From an uncultured Acidobacteriota bacterium (GTDB lineage Bacteria > Acidobacteriota > JAQAZP01), in NCBI GenBank assembly GCA_963836075.1, contig CAWIIB010000009.1, positions 192,001 through 256,000 of the forward strand: 64,000 nt of DNA, given 5' to 3'. The translations under genes were made by a program, and so were the position numbers. Below the pieces are notes generated by a model. It was given only the letters and a program-made list of their open reading frames with translations, was not told the origin of the DNA and ran no database searches. This document shows, in pieces, positions 19,375 to 28,676 of the stretch. How positions within the stretch are numbered: the stretch's first letter is position 1; every line of letters starts with the position of its first letter.

Positions 19375-21003
19375 CTAATTAAATGAGGCGGTGACCGTGC
19401 AATGAGCCGAATCGGTATCGCCCGACGGCGGGTAGGGAGGCTGGTTGTACGGGCTGGCGGTGACGTCCGCACAGTGCAGGGCGAAGACGGTCTCGCCCAC
19501 CAGCGTTCCCACGGCCGGAAAAACCTGAACCCAGGAGGTTGACCAGGTCTCCTCGGGCTGGAGATTGAGATACCCGGCCCGCCAGTTGCTGAAATGCTGG
19601 CCGCCGGCGAGGAAAAGGTCGATCCGACCGGCCACGGTGCGAATCTGGTCCTTATAGTTGCTGCTGATGGTCACCTCCATCCGGCTGGTGAAGGGCAGGG
19701 TGCCGGACGAGGGTGTGCAGGCCATGTAGGCGCCCACCGATTTCCAGCCTGAGCCTGACAAAGGGTAGTGATAGCCGACATCCGCGACCCAGCGGTCACC
19801 CACCCCATCCGTTCGAGAGGTTCCCTCGATAACTGGGGCCACCGGGTTGCCGGCATCGACACAGGGGCTGTCCGCGGCTTGCCCGGCGGCAATCTGGCTG
19901 AGGTAGTAAGCGCCGGCGGGCCCGGTGACATAGAGCGGATCGGCGGAGAAATTTCCCTGCCCCGGATAACCCGAGCCGCAGCACCAGGTGATGTCGAAAG
20001 TGCCGTGCACGCTCTCCCAGTAGTTGCTGGTGAAGATGGTGTGATGCACCACTCCCGACCCATACACTCCGCCCCCGTTGGAGTCGGCAATGTTCTGGTC
20101 AATGGTGCAAAAGGAGATCACCACCGGGGCGCTGCAGTGGATGGCTCCACCGTCGGTCTGCGCGATGTTGTAGAAGATCAGGTTGTTACAGATCTGGGCG
20201 GCCGGGCCGTCACACCAGATCCCCCCTCCACGGTATGCATGGTTGGCGTACACCTGATTGCCGCTGATCTGCGGAGCCCCCGACCCGGCACAGCCGATGG
20301 CGCCGCCGCTATGCCCGCTGCCGTTGTCGATGAACAGGTTGCCGCTGATGGTGGGAGAGGCGTCAATGGTGTAAAGACCTCCCCCGAACCAGGCCCCGTT
20401 TCGTTCGAACGTATTGCCGAGGACCTCGGGGGAGGAGGCGACGCAGACCACACCCCCGCCGTCACCGGTCTCGAGGCCGTCGGCCACGTTGTCGTGGAAG
20501 GTGTTCGCTTCAATCAGCGGTGCCGCCCCGCCCAGGCAGCAGATCCCGCCGCCGTCCTCCAGGGCGAGGTTATCCTCGATCACGTTCCCGCGGATGGTGG
20601 GGGAAGCGCCGTCACAGAGGATGGCCCCGCCGTTGAGCACGAACCCCCCGGTGATGCCGAAACCTTCCACAACCGCATCGCGACCCTCGCCGCTGAGGAA
20701 CCGGAGCGCGCGGTGGCGGTCGGCGTCGCTGCCCTGGCTGTGAATGATACAGGCGGCAGGCCCGTTCTCGGAGATCAGCGTGATCGCCCTGCCGCCAAAG
20801 TCGAGGTCGCGATTGCCGTCGCCGGTCCAGGTTCCGTCGGCCACCAGCACCGTGTCACCCGGGGCGGCGGCATCGATTCCAGCCTGGATGGTGGGATGCT
20901 CCGCCGGGACCCTGATCACCGCGGCCGGGGAAGGCTGTGCACCGAATCCGAGCGAAAAAAGAATAACCACGGCAAGCGTCAGGGTGATGGCATTCGTTTT
21001 CAT
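19375..21003 (-). CDS. Secreted right-handed parallel beta-helix (GGA/GGG-I repeat) protein with C-terminal NQPP domain
   Basis: Signal peptide; VPAEHPTIQAGIDAA; repeated N-x-A..GGGI; YYLSQIAAGQAADSPCVDAG; shared C-terminal domain. Confidence 0.85.
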   Translation of the reverse strand: MKTNAITLTLAVVILFSLGFGAQPSPAAVIRVPAEHPTIQAGIDAAAPGDTVLVADGTWTGDGNRDLDFGGRAITLISENGPAACIIHSQGSDADRHRALRFLSGEGRDAVVEGFGITGGFVLNGGAILCDGASPTIRGNVIEDNLALEDGGGICCLGGAAPLIEANTFHDNVADGLETGDGGGVVCVASSPEVLGNTFERNGAWFGGGLYTIDASPTISGNLFIDNGSGHSGGAIGCAGSGAPQISGNQVYANHAYRGGGIWCDGPAAQICNNLIFYNIAQTDGGAIHCSAPVVISFCTIDQNIADSNGGGVYGSGVVHHTIFTSNYWESVHGTFDITWCCGSGYPGQGNFSADPLYVTGPAGAYYLSQIAAGQAADSPCVDAGNPVAPVIEGTSRTDGVGDRWVADVGYHYPLSGSGWKSVGAYMACTPSSGTLPFTSRMEVTISSNYKDQIRTVAGRIDLFLAGGQHFSNWRAGYLNLQPEETWSTSWVQVFPAVGTLVGETVFALHCADVTASPYNQPPYPPSGDTDSAHCTVTASFN

Positions 21004-21142
21004 GTCCGCGCGGCCCTCCCGGGGTTGGCAAGAGAGTATTCATTCATTATATATAGGCCTGTCGAGCGTAACCGACAACCAAAGAATTCGATCCACCGGG
21101 CCGGAACAGGTATCGATCGAGTCAGCAAAGGACGAGGTGGTG

Positions 21143-23281
21143 ATGAAAATCAGACCGACGGCACTGGCGCTGCTGCTCCTGGCCCTGGCCATAACAGGCG
21201 GCTGCCGCCATGGAGATGAGATGACACAGCAAGAGCAGGCCGTGCCGCCGGTGGCCCGGGTGGAACCGCACCAGCTGGAGGCCCACGGTCACCTGCGCAC
21301 CGACGAGTATTACTGGCTCCGCGAGCGCGACGACCCGGCGGTGCTGGCCTACCTGGAAGCCGAGAACAACTACACCGCCGCCATGACCGCCCACACCGCC
21401 CAGCTGCGGGAGCAGATATTCGAGGAGATCAAGGGCCGGATCAAGCAGGCCGACAGCAGTGTGCCCTGGCGCCGGGACGGGTACTATTACTACACCTGCT
21501 ACGAGGAAGACCGGCCGTACCCCATCCACTGCCGGAAAAAAGGCTCCCCCAAGGCTGCGGAGGAGATCTTCCTCGACGTCAACCGTCTGGCCGAAGGACA
21601 CGACTTCTACTCGGTGGGGAGCTGGGATGTGAGCCCGGACGGGAACATCCTGGCCTATGCCGACGACACCGATGGCCGCCGCTTTCACACCATCCGCTTC
21701 ATCGACCTGGTCAGCGGCACGGCGCTGGACGACCGCATCGAACGCGTCACCTCGAACTTCGTCTGGGCCGAGGACAACCGGACCCTGTTCTACATCCGCC
21801 AGGACCCGGTGACCCTCCGCTCGCACCAGGTCCTGCGCCACCGCCTGGGAACCGCTCCGGCCGCAGACCGGCTGGTCTTCGAGGAACAGGACGAGACCTT
21901 CTCCTGCTCCCTGTCCAAAAGCGGGTCACGGGACTACATCATCATCCACTCGGAGCAGACGCTGAGCGGCGAAAGCCTGATCATCGACGCACGAAACCCG
22001 GACCAGGAGCCCACCGTGTTCCTGCCCCGGCGCCGGGGGCACGAGTACGAGATCGACCATGCCGGCGGGTTCTTCTACGTCCAGACCAACCTCGAGGCGA
22101 AGAACTTCCGCCTGATGCGCACCCCGACCGGACAGATTGCGGAGGTCAACTGGGAGGAAGTGGCCCCGCACCGCGAGGATGTCCTGCTGGACGGCTTCGA
22201 ACTGTTCAGCGACTACGTGGTGCTCAACGAACGCCACCGCGGCCTGGCCCGCTTCCAGGTGCTGCCGCTCTCCGGTGCGCCGGCGCACTACGTCGACTTC
22301 GGCGAGCCGGCCTACGAGGCCTCCCCCGAAAACAACCACGAGATCGAGACCCGCAAGCTGCGCTTCCGTTTTTCCTCCATGGCCACGCCGGATACGGTCT
22401 ACGACTACGACATGGAGACGCGGGAGAAGATCCTGCTCAAACAGGACGAGGTCCTCGGCGGATTCGACCCGGCACACTACCGCACCGAACGGCTGTTCGC
22501 CCGGGCGGCTGACGGCCGGGAGGTCCCCATCTCGCTGGTCTACCGCCGGGAGATGAAGAAGGAGGGGGGCAACCCGCTGCTGCTCTACGGCTACGGCAGT
22601 TACGGCTACAGCACCGAGGCCGGATTCAGCGCCGAGCGGGTGAGCCTGCTGGACCGGGGGTTCATCTTTGCCAAGGCCCATGTGCGGGGCGGCGAGGAAC
22701 TGGGCCGGCAGTGGTATGAGGACGGGAAGCTGTTCAACAAGAAGAACACTTACACCGACTTCATCGCCTGTGCCGAATACCTGGCAGCCCAGGGTTACGC
22801 GGGCCCCGGACAGCTCTATGCCCGGGGGGGCAGCGCCGGCGGCCTGCTGATCGGCGCGGTGATCAACATGCGGCCCGACCTGTTCCACGGGGTGATCGCC
22901 GACGTGCCCTTTGTCGACGTGGTGACCACCATGCTCGACGACACGATCCCGCTGACCACCAGCGAGTATGACGAGTGGGGGGATCCCAACCGCAGGGACT
23001 GCTACGACTACATGCTCTCCTACTCGCCCTACGACAACGTGGCGGCCCGGGACTACCCGCACATCCTGGTCACCACCGCGTACCAGGACTCCCAGGTCCA
23101 GTACTGGGAGCCGGCCAAGTGGGTCGCCCGACTGCGGGCGCTGAAGACGGACGACAACACCCTGCTGCTGCTCACCCTTATGGACGCCGGGCACGGCGGC
23201 ACCTCGGGCCGCTTCAAGCGCTACCGGGAGACGGCGTTCGACTACGCCTTCCTCCTCGACCTGGCACAGCCGGCCCCCTGA
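21143..23281 (+). CDS. ptrB: Oligopeptidase B (S9A), with lipoprotein-type signal peptide
   Basis: DEYYWLR, LLYGYGSYG, HVRGGEELGRQWYEDGK, GGSAGG nucleophile, DSQV, AGHGG; ITGGC lipobox. Confidence 0.93.
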   Translation: MKIRPTALALLLLALAITGGCRHGDEMTQQEQAVPPVARVEPHQLEAHGHLRTDEYYWLRERDDPAVLAYLEAENNYTAAMTAHTAQLREQIFEEIKGRIKQADSSVPWRRDGYYYYTCYEEDRPYPIHCRKKGSPKAAEEIFLDVNRLAEGHDFYSVGSWDVSPDGNILAYADDTDGRRFHTIRFIDLVSGTALDDRIERVTSNFVWAEDNRTLFYIRQDPVTLRSHQVLRHRLGTAPAADRLVFEEQDETFSCSLSKSGSRDYIIIHSEQTLSGESLIIDARNPDQEPTVFLPRRRGHEYEIDHAGGFFYVQTNLEAKNFRLMRTPTGQIAEVNWEEVAPHREDVLLDGFELFSDYVVLNERHRGLARFQVLPLSGAPAHYVDFGEPAYEASPENNHEIETRKLRFRFSSMATPDTVYDYDMETREKILLKQDEVLGGFDPAHYRTERLFARAADGREVPISLVYRREMKKEGGNPLLLYGYGSYGYSTEAGFSAERVSLLDRGFIFAKAHVRGGEELGRQWYEDGKLFNKKNTYTDFIACAEYLAAQGYAGPGQLYARGGSAGGLLIGAVINMRPDLFHGVIADVPFVDVVTTMLDDTIPLTTSEYDEWGDPNRRDCYDYMLSYSPYDNVAARDYPHILVTTAYQDSQVQYWEPAKWVARLRALKTDDNTLLLLTLMDAGHGGTSGRFKRYRETAFDYAFLLDLAQPAP

Positions 23282-23305
23282 GCGCGCCGGCGGCCGGTGC
23301 CGCGG

Positions 23306-24877
23306 TCAATCCGTCCCGTCGTTCTTTTCCGTGATTTCGCCGTCACCGCAGCCGCGGTTGTAGAGCCAGGACAGCTCCCTGAGGTAGCGGGCCGACTGCT
23401 GCTCCAGGCGGTCCAGTTGCCCCCGCCGGCAGCGCCAGGCCCAGTTGCCGGCAACGGTACCGGGGGTGTTGAACCGCGCTTCCGAGCCGAGGGACAGCAG
23501 GTCCTGCAGCGCGATGACGGCCATGTTGCAGGTGGACGCGTATGCGGCGCGCACCAGGTCCCAGGAGACGTCGTCGCCGCTGACCCGCAGGTAGCGGCGC
23601 AGCTGGTCGCGGATCTCCTCCGACCCCAGGCTCTGCCACCAGCCATGGCTGGTGTCGTTGTCGTGGGTGCCGGGATAGACCACACAGTTGCGCCTCAGGT
23701 TGCAAGGCAGGTAGAGGTTGTCCGGCTCACCGGTGAAGGCGAACTGCAGTACCGCCATCCCCGGCAGGCCGGTGGCCCTGGTGAACTCCAGCAGCTCCGG
23801 GGTGATCTCGCCCAGGTCCTCGGCGATGATCTTCGCTTCGGGAAACCGCTCGTTCACCGCCCGGAAGAACGGCAGGCCCGGCCCCGGAACCCACTCACCG
23901 CCCCGCGCATCCTCTGCATCGGCCGGGATGCGCCAGAACGCCTCGAAGCCGCGGAAATGGTCCAGGCGCACCACATCGAACAGGTCGAGGTTCATCCCCA
24001 GGCGCCGCAGCCACCACTCGTATCCCGATGTCTCCAGTTCCTGCCAGTCGTAGATCGGATTGCCCCACAGCTGGCCGGTCTCGGAGAAGTAGTCCGGCGG
24101 CACCCCGGCCACAAAGCGCGGCTGCCCCCGGCGGTCCAGTTCAAAGAGCCAGGGGTTGGCCCAGGTGTCGGCACTGTCCCCCGCCACGTAGATCGGGGCG
24201 TCGCCGATGATACCGACACCCCGCTCCGCGGCATAGCCGCGCAGACGCTTCCACTGGCTGAAAAAGAGATACTGGAAGAACGCGTGCTCGTCGGCCGCAG
24301 CGGCCAGTTCCTTGCGGAAGGGCGTGGAGGCCGCCTTGAGATACGAGGCATACCCGGCCGGCCACTCCTGCCAGGGCGCGCCCTTGAACCAATCCTTCAG
24401 CGCCATGTAGAAGCTGTAAGGAGCGAGCCAGTAGTCGCTTTCCTCCCGCCACTTCCCGAAGGAACCGTATTCACCAGAGAGCACTTCACCCCGCTGGACG
24501 AACCGCTGGTGGGCCAGCCGGAGCAGCGCCGGTTTCAGTTTCACGATGGAACCGTAATCCACCCTGCCGGCGGGGAGGACGCGCAGCGGGTGCAGTTCCG
24601 CATCCTCCAGCAGGCCGAAGGAGACCAGTTCCTCCAGGTCGATCAGCAGCGGGTTCCCGGCAAAGGCCGAGAAACACTGGTACGGGGAATGGCCGAACCC
24701 GGTGGGCCCCAGCGGGCAGATCTGCCAGTACTGCAGTTCCGCCGCAACCAGGAAGTCGATCAGCCGCCGGGCGTCCGCGCCCAGCGTCCCGATGCCCTGG
24801 CCGCCGGGCAGGGCGGTGGGGTGCAGCAGCAGGCCGGCGCTGCGGCGGTCCAGCCAGTTGAAAATCGGAGTGTCCAT
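23306..24877 (-). CDS. malQ: 4-alpha-glucanotransferase (GH77)
   Basis: LLHPTALP, SPYQCFSAFAGNP, GVPPDYFSETGQLWGNP, RLDHFRGF, IAEDLG and GTHDNDT motifs. Confidence 0.96.
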   Translation of the reverse strand: MDTPIFNWLDRRSAGLLLHPTALPGGQGIGTLGADARRLIDFLVAAELQYWQICPLGPTGFGHSPYQCFSAFAGNPLLIDLEELVSFGLLEDAELHPLRVLPAGRVDYGSIVKLKPALLRLAHQRFVQRGEVLSGEYGSFGKWREESDYWLAPYSFYMALKDWFKGAPWQEWPAGYASYLKAASTPFRKELAAAADEHAFFQYLFFSQWKRLRGYAAERGVGIIGDAPIYVAGDSADTWANPWLFELDRRGQPRFVAGVPPDYFSETGQLWGNPIYDWQELETSGYEWWLRRLGMNLDLFDVVRLDHFRGFEAFWRIPADAEDARGGEWVPGPGLPFFRAVNERFPEAKIIAEDLGEITPELLEFTRATGLPGMAVLQFAFTGEPDNLYLPCNLRRNCVVYPGTHDNDTSHGWWQSLGSEEIRDQLRRYLRVSGDDVSWDLVRAAYASTCNMAVIALQDLLSLGSEARFNTPGTVAGNWAWRCRRGQLDRLEQQSARYLRELSWLYNRGCGDGEITEKNDGTD

Positions 24878-25008
24878 CAGAACCCTGAACGCTCACCGGT
24901 CGCAGGGTCAGCGGCTTCTCCCAGACAATCCTGGAGACGCCCTGCAAAAAACCGGCATGGGAAAGGGATATTGTCGGCGGGCCCCGTTGGGCCCGCCGCT
25001 CTCGGATG

Positions 25009-27405
25009 CTATTGCAGGACGCCCCCGGCCACGTTCCCGCCGTGGGTCACCGAGCTGCCGTACGCGTCGAAATCGATGCCGGTGATCGGGGTGGCCGTGC
25101 CGCCGGTGACGTCGAAGGCCCTGACCTGGGCCCCGACGGACGCGTCCGGCCCGGGCATGGTCAGGATCTCGTCCCTGCCGTCGCCATCCACGTCGCCCGT
25201 ACCAACCTGGACACCATTTTTCGTTCCGTCGTAGGCGAAGAAACTCACCCCGGACAGAGCGGCCAGCGTGGCGCCGTCATAGTTCCAGCCCCGCACGTGG
25301 GCGAAGAAGATCTGGCCCGGACCGGCGCCGGTGATTATCTCGTCGATGCCGTCACCGTCGATGTCGCCGCAGGCCACATTGACCCCGTACTGGAGACTGC
25401 CGTAGGCAAAGTAACTCACCGCCGGTATGGCCGCGGCAGCGCCGCCGTCCACGTTCCAGCCCCGGACGTGGGGGCCGAAGACCGCGCCGGGGCCGGCGCC
25501 GGTGACGATCTCGTCAAACCCGTCGCCGTCGATATCGCCGGCGCTGACGTTGGTCCCGTACTTCAGCGTGCCGTAGGCAAAGTAGCTGACCCCGGAGATG
25601 GGGGACACCGAACTGCCGCCGTCGTGGTTCCAGCCGCGGACGTGGGGGCCGAACACGGCGCCCGGGCCCGGGCCGGTGATGATCTCGTCCTTGCCGTCGT
25701 TGTCGATGTCGCCGCAGGCCACGTTGACGCCATACTTCAACGTGCCATAGGCAAAGAAGCTGATCGAACTCACCGCCGCGCCCTCAGGGGTGAAGGCCCG
25801 CACGTGGGGGCCGTACACCGCGCCCGGTCCCGGGCCGGTGATCACCCAGTCCCGGCCGGTGCCGTTGATGTCGCCACAGGCCACGTTGACCCCGTACTGG
25901 TCCGGGCCGTACACCGTCCACTCGGCCTCCGGGGCGCTGACGCTCTGCAGGTTCCAGACCCGGGCCAGCGCCGGGTTGGAGGCCACCGGGCCGGGCCCGG
26001 TGACCAGGGTGCCCACGCCGCCGGTGCCGCCGATGCCGTTGAGCGTGTTTGCCCCGGTGCCCAGCGGGTCGAGCCAGTCGCTCAGCCGGTCGGCGGCGGT
26101 GGCCCCGTTCCAGGACCAGGAGACCGCGCCATAGATATCGGAGAGGTCGTTGCTGCAGGCCGCCGAGCCGCCGTAGAGCTGGCCGACGAAGTGGTGATTC
26201 TGGTTATACAGCGGGCAACCCGAGGAGCCGCCCTCGGTGGAGCCGGCATCGTAGTCGCTGACCCGGACCATCCGCCCCCCGTCCGCGCTGGTGGTGGGGT
26301 CGTCCTCGAAGGAGATCCGCTTCTCCTGCACGTTGGGGTGGTGGATCGCCACCGCCGAGGTGGCCTGGGTGCCCGAATGGTCCCAGCCGGCCCAGAAAAC
26401 GTTCCACTCGGGATTGGGAGCGTCGTCGAGCTGCACCAGGCAGAAATCCGAAGCCGAGCCGTCGGCCAGTTCGGTGGCTCCGACCTGACTCATGGTCAGG
26501 TCGCCGTCACCGGGCTGGCCGCTCTCCGTGCTCCAGGGCTCACGGCACCAGCTGTTCTCGTAATTCCAGTAGATCCGCATCGTGTGGTCGTTGCCCGCAG
26601 TGACCCCGCAGTGATTGGCGGTGATGAAGTAGGGGGTGAAGTCGTTGGCCGTGTTGTTGATCATCGACCCGGTGCAAATTTTGTAACCCTGGAGTTGGAT
26701 GGCGCCCACCGAGCGGATCTCGTTGCGCCAGGGGTCTCCTTCAGGACAGACCACGTCGATGTTGCACGACTGGGAGCGCTCACCGTCAGCCGGTTCGCTG
26801 AAGAACCCGCGGTAGCCGTGGTTCACCACGCCGAGCAGCACCTCGAGATTTTTCATCTCGTCCACCGGCACCGTGATCTCCACCACCAGTTCATCACCAG
26901 GCAGGACGGGGGACCAGTATTCACCGTGCTCCCGGTTGTCCTTCACGGTGAGCGGACCATACCTCAGCGAGTAGTCGGGAGTGTAGAGGAACATCTCGCC
27001 GCCCTCGGGCATCACCCAACGCCAGAACCCGAGGTTCAGCGAGCTGGCTCCTTCAGAAACCACGTGCAGCCGCCACATCACCCGCTCGCCGGAGAGCGGC
27101 TCCCAGGTGCCCGAGTCGTCGGTGGACCGCAGCACTTCCAGGGGCATGGCAAAGCGCCACGGCTCGTTGAGTTGGTCGGCGATCTCGTCTTCCATGCGGA
27201 CCTGCACCATGTCCAGTTCGGGCATGGTCAGCGTGTCCACACTGCTCAGCGGCTGAACAGCTTCCATCTCCGCGGCCGGGCGGATCTCCGAATTCACCGG
27301 TTCGATCAATGCCATGGCCGGCAGCGCAGTCATGAGACTCAGCAGCATGATGGCAATGCTGCCGCTGATGAGCCGGATCGTTGCACCACAAGCGATTTTC
27401 TTCAT
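25009..27405 (-). CDS. Secreted lysyl endopeptidase-like (Achromobacter protease I type, S1) protease with C-terminal six-repeat GPGPG/calcium-blade propeller
   Basis: Signal and propeptide; CNIDVVCPEG; TANHC, DFCL and GSSG triad motifs; last ~330 aa is six repeats. Confidence 0.88.
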   Translation of the reverse strand: MKKIACGATIRLISGSIAIMLLSLMTALPAMALIEPVNSEIRPAAEMEAVQPLSSVDTLTMPELDMVQVRMEDEIADQLNEPWRFAMPLEVLRSTDDSGTWEPLSGERVMWRLHVVSEGASSLNLGFWRWVMPEGGEMFLYTPDYSLRYGPLTVKDNREHGEYWSPVLPGDELVVEITVPVDEMKNLEVLLGVVNHGYRGFFSEPADGERSQSCNIDVVCPEGDPWRNEIRSVGAIQLQGYKICTGSMINNTANDFTPYFITANHCGVTAGNDHTMRIYWNYENSWCREPWSTESGQPGDGDLTMSQVGATELADGSASDFCLVQLDDAPNPEWNVFWAGWDHSGTQATSAVAIHHPNVQEKRISFEDDPTTSADGGRMVRVSDYDAGSTEGGSSGCPLYNQNHHFVGQLYGGSAACSNDLSDIYGAVSWSWNGATAADRLSDWLDPLGTGANTLNGIGGTGGVGTLVTGPGPVASNPALARVWNLQSVSAPEAEWTVYGPDQYGVNVACGDINGTGRDWVITGPGPGAVYGPHVRAFTPEGAAVSSISFFAYGTLKYGVNVACGDIDNDGKDEIITGPGPGAVFGPHVRGWNHDGGSSVSPISGVSYFAYGTLKYGTNVSAGDIDGDGFDEIVTGAGPGAVFGPHVRGWNVDGGAAAAIPAVSYFAYGSLQYGVNVACGDIDGDGIDEIITGAGPGQIFFAHVRGWNYDGATLAALSGVSFFAYDGTKNGVQVGTGDVDGDGRDEILTMPGPDASVGAQVRAFDVTGGTATPITGIDFDAYGSSVTHGGNVAGGVLQ

Positions 27406-27632
27406 CGGATCTACTCCTCCGTCTTCCGTCTTTCTTTATAGTCTTTGTGAACCAGTCACGTATTCTACTTGATCGACACCGGGATACGAAGCCCTGTTAT
27501 CCCGGAATCCCGGACCGGAAAACTCCTGATTGAACCAAACCACTGGAAATGCGTTACTAATGGGGAATCGGACACCGGCTCCACAATAATGGACGCCACA
27601 ATCGGCCGACCCGGCTCTTAGGGACTCCTAAC

Positions 27633-28346
27633 ATGAACTATTTGCTGATTTTACTCGTTCTGGGCACCATCATCCTGATTCACGAGTTCGGCCACCTGCT
27701 TGCGGCCAAGGCCACCGGGATCCCCATCCGCCGCTTTTCGGTCGGTTTCGGCCCCCGTATCTGGGGTTTTCAGCGAGGCGGCACCGAGTACCGGGTCTCG
27801 CTGGTCCCCATCGGGGGATACGTGCTGCCCGAGGGCGAAAGCGAGGAGGAATTCCTGGGTTACCCGGCCTCCCGGCGGATCCTCTTCTCCCTCGGCGGGC
27901 CGCTGGCCAACATGGCCGCCGCCTTTGCCGGCCTGGCCGCGGCCTACGCGGCCAACCTGGGCCCCTCCTTCTCCTCGCTGGTGGTCCAGCCGGCAGCCGA
28001 CCTCTACCGGCTTCTCTCGGAGATCGTGCTCCTGCTGCCGGCCCTGTTCAGTACCCCGGACCAGATGTCCGGCGTGGTGGGCATCGTCTCCTGGGGCGGG
28101 CGCCCGGAGGGGATGACCATCGCCGCGCTGCTCACCTTCTTCGTGCTGCTCAACGTCAACCTGGCCTTCTTCAACATGCTGCCCCTGCCCCCGCTGGACG
28201 GGGGAAAGATCCTCTTCGCCCTGCTGGAGAAGGTCTACCGGCCCCTGCAGCGCCTGCACCTGCCCATGGCTCTCACCGGCTGGCTGCTGATCATCTCGCT
28301 GATGCTCTATGTCACCGTCTTCGACGTGAAACGGCTGCTGGGCTGA
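27633..28346 (+). CDS. Site-2 protease (M50, RseP-like) lacking a PDZ domain
   Basis: IHEFGH, FSVGFGP, PIGGYV and NMLPLPPLDGG motifs; only 237 aa. Confidence 0.9.
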   Translation: MNYLLILLVLGTIILIHEFGHLLAAKATGIPIRRFSVGFGPRIWGFQRGGTEYRVSLVPIGGYVLPEGESEEEFLGYPASRRILFSLGGPLANMAAAFAGLAAAYAANLGPSFSSLVVQPAADLYRLLSEIVLLLPALFSTPDQMSGVVGIVSWGGRPEGMTIAALLTFFVLLNVNLAFFNMLPLPPLDGGKILFALLEKVYRPLQRLHLPMALTGWLLIISLMLYVTVFDVKRLLG

Positions 28347-28443
28347 CCAACACGAACCGGTACCCTTCTGTTGCAGCCCTACCCCACTGTGGCAACCCTC
28401 ACATGATCACGACAAACCGGGATTCGTCCTATCGAAATACACC

Positions 28444-28473
28444 TTGACGGAACAGGTGTGTGAACCTATACAT
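28444..28473 (+). promoter_or_regulatory. sigma70-like promoter upstream of the LVIVD gene pair
   Basis: TTGACG-17 nt-TATACAT, followed by an AT-rich ~200-nt leader and an AAGGAG RBS. Confidence 0.5.
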
Positions 28474-28676
28474 AAGATATATAAAGACTTTCAATGGAGA
28501 TGGCTCGTAAAAACGATGCCTTTCCTGCCACTCTTCACAGTCCAGAATTAAAAAATTCACAAAATGAACAGTATCCTGTTTCTCACTGTTCTCACTATTT
28601 TTTTGAAAATCTCACTCTTGTTCGTTATCTGAGTGCGTACCAGCTTTTCCCCAAGCAGGCGTAAAGGAGATAATCG

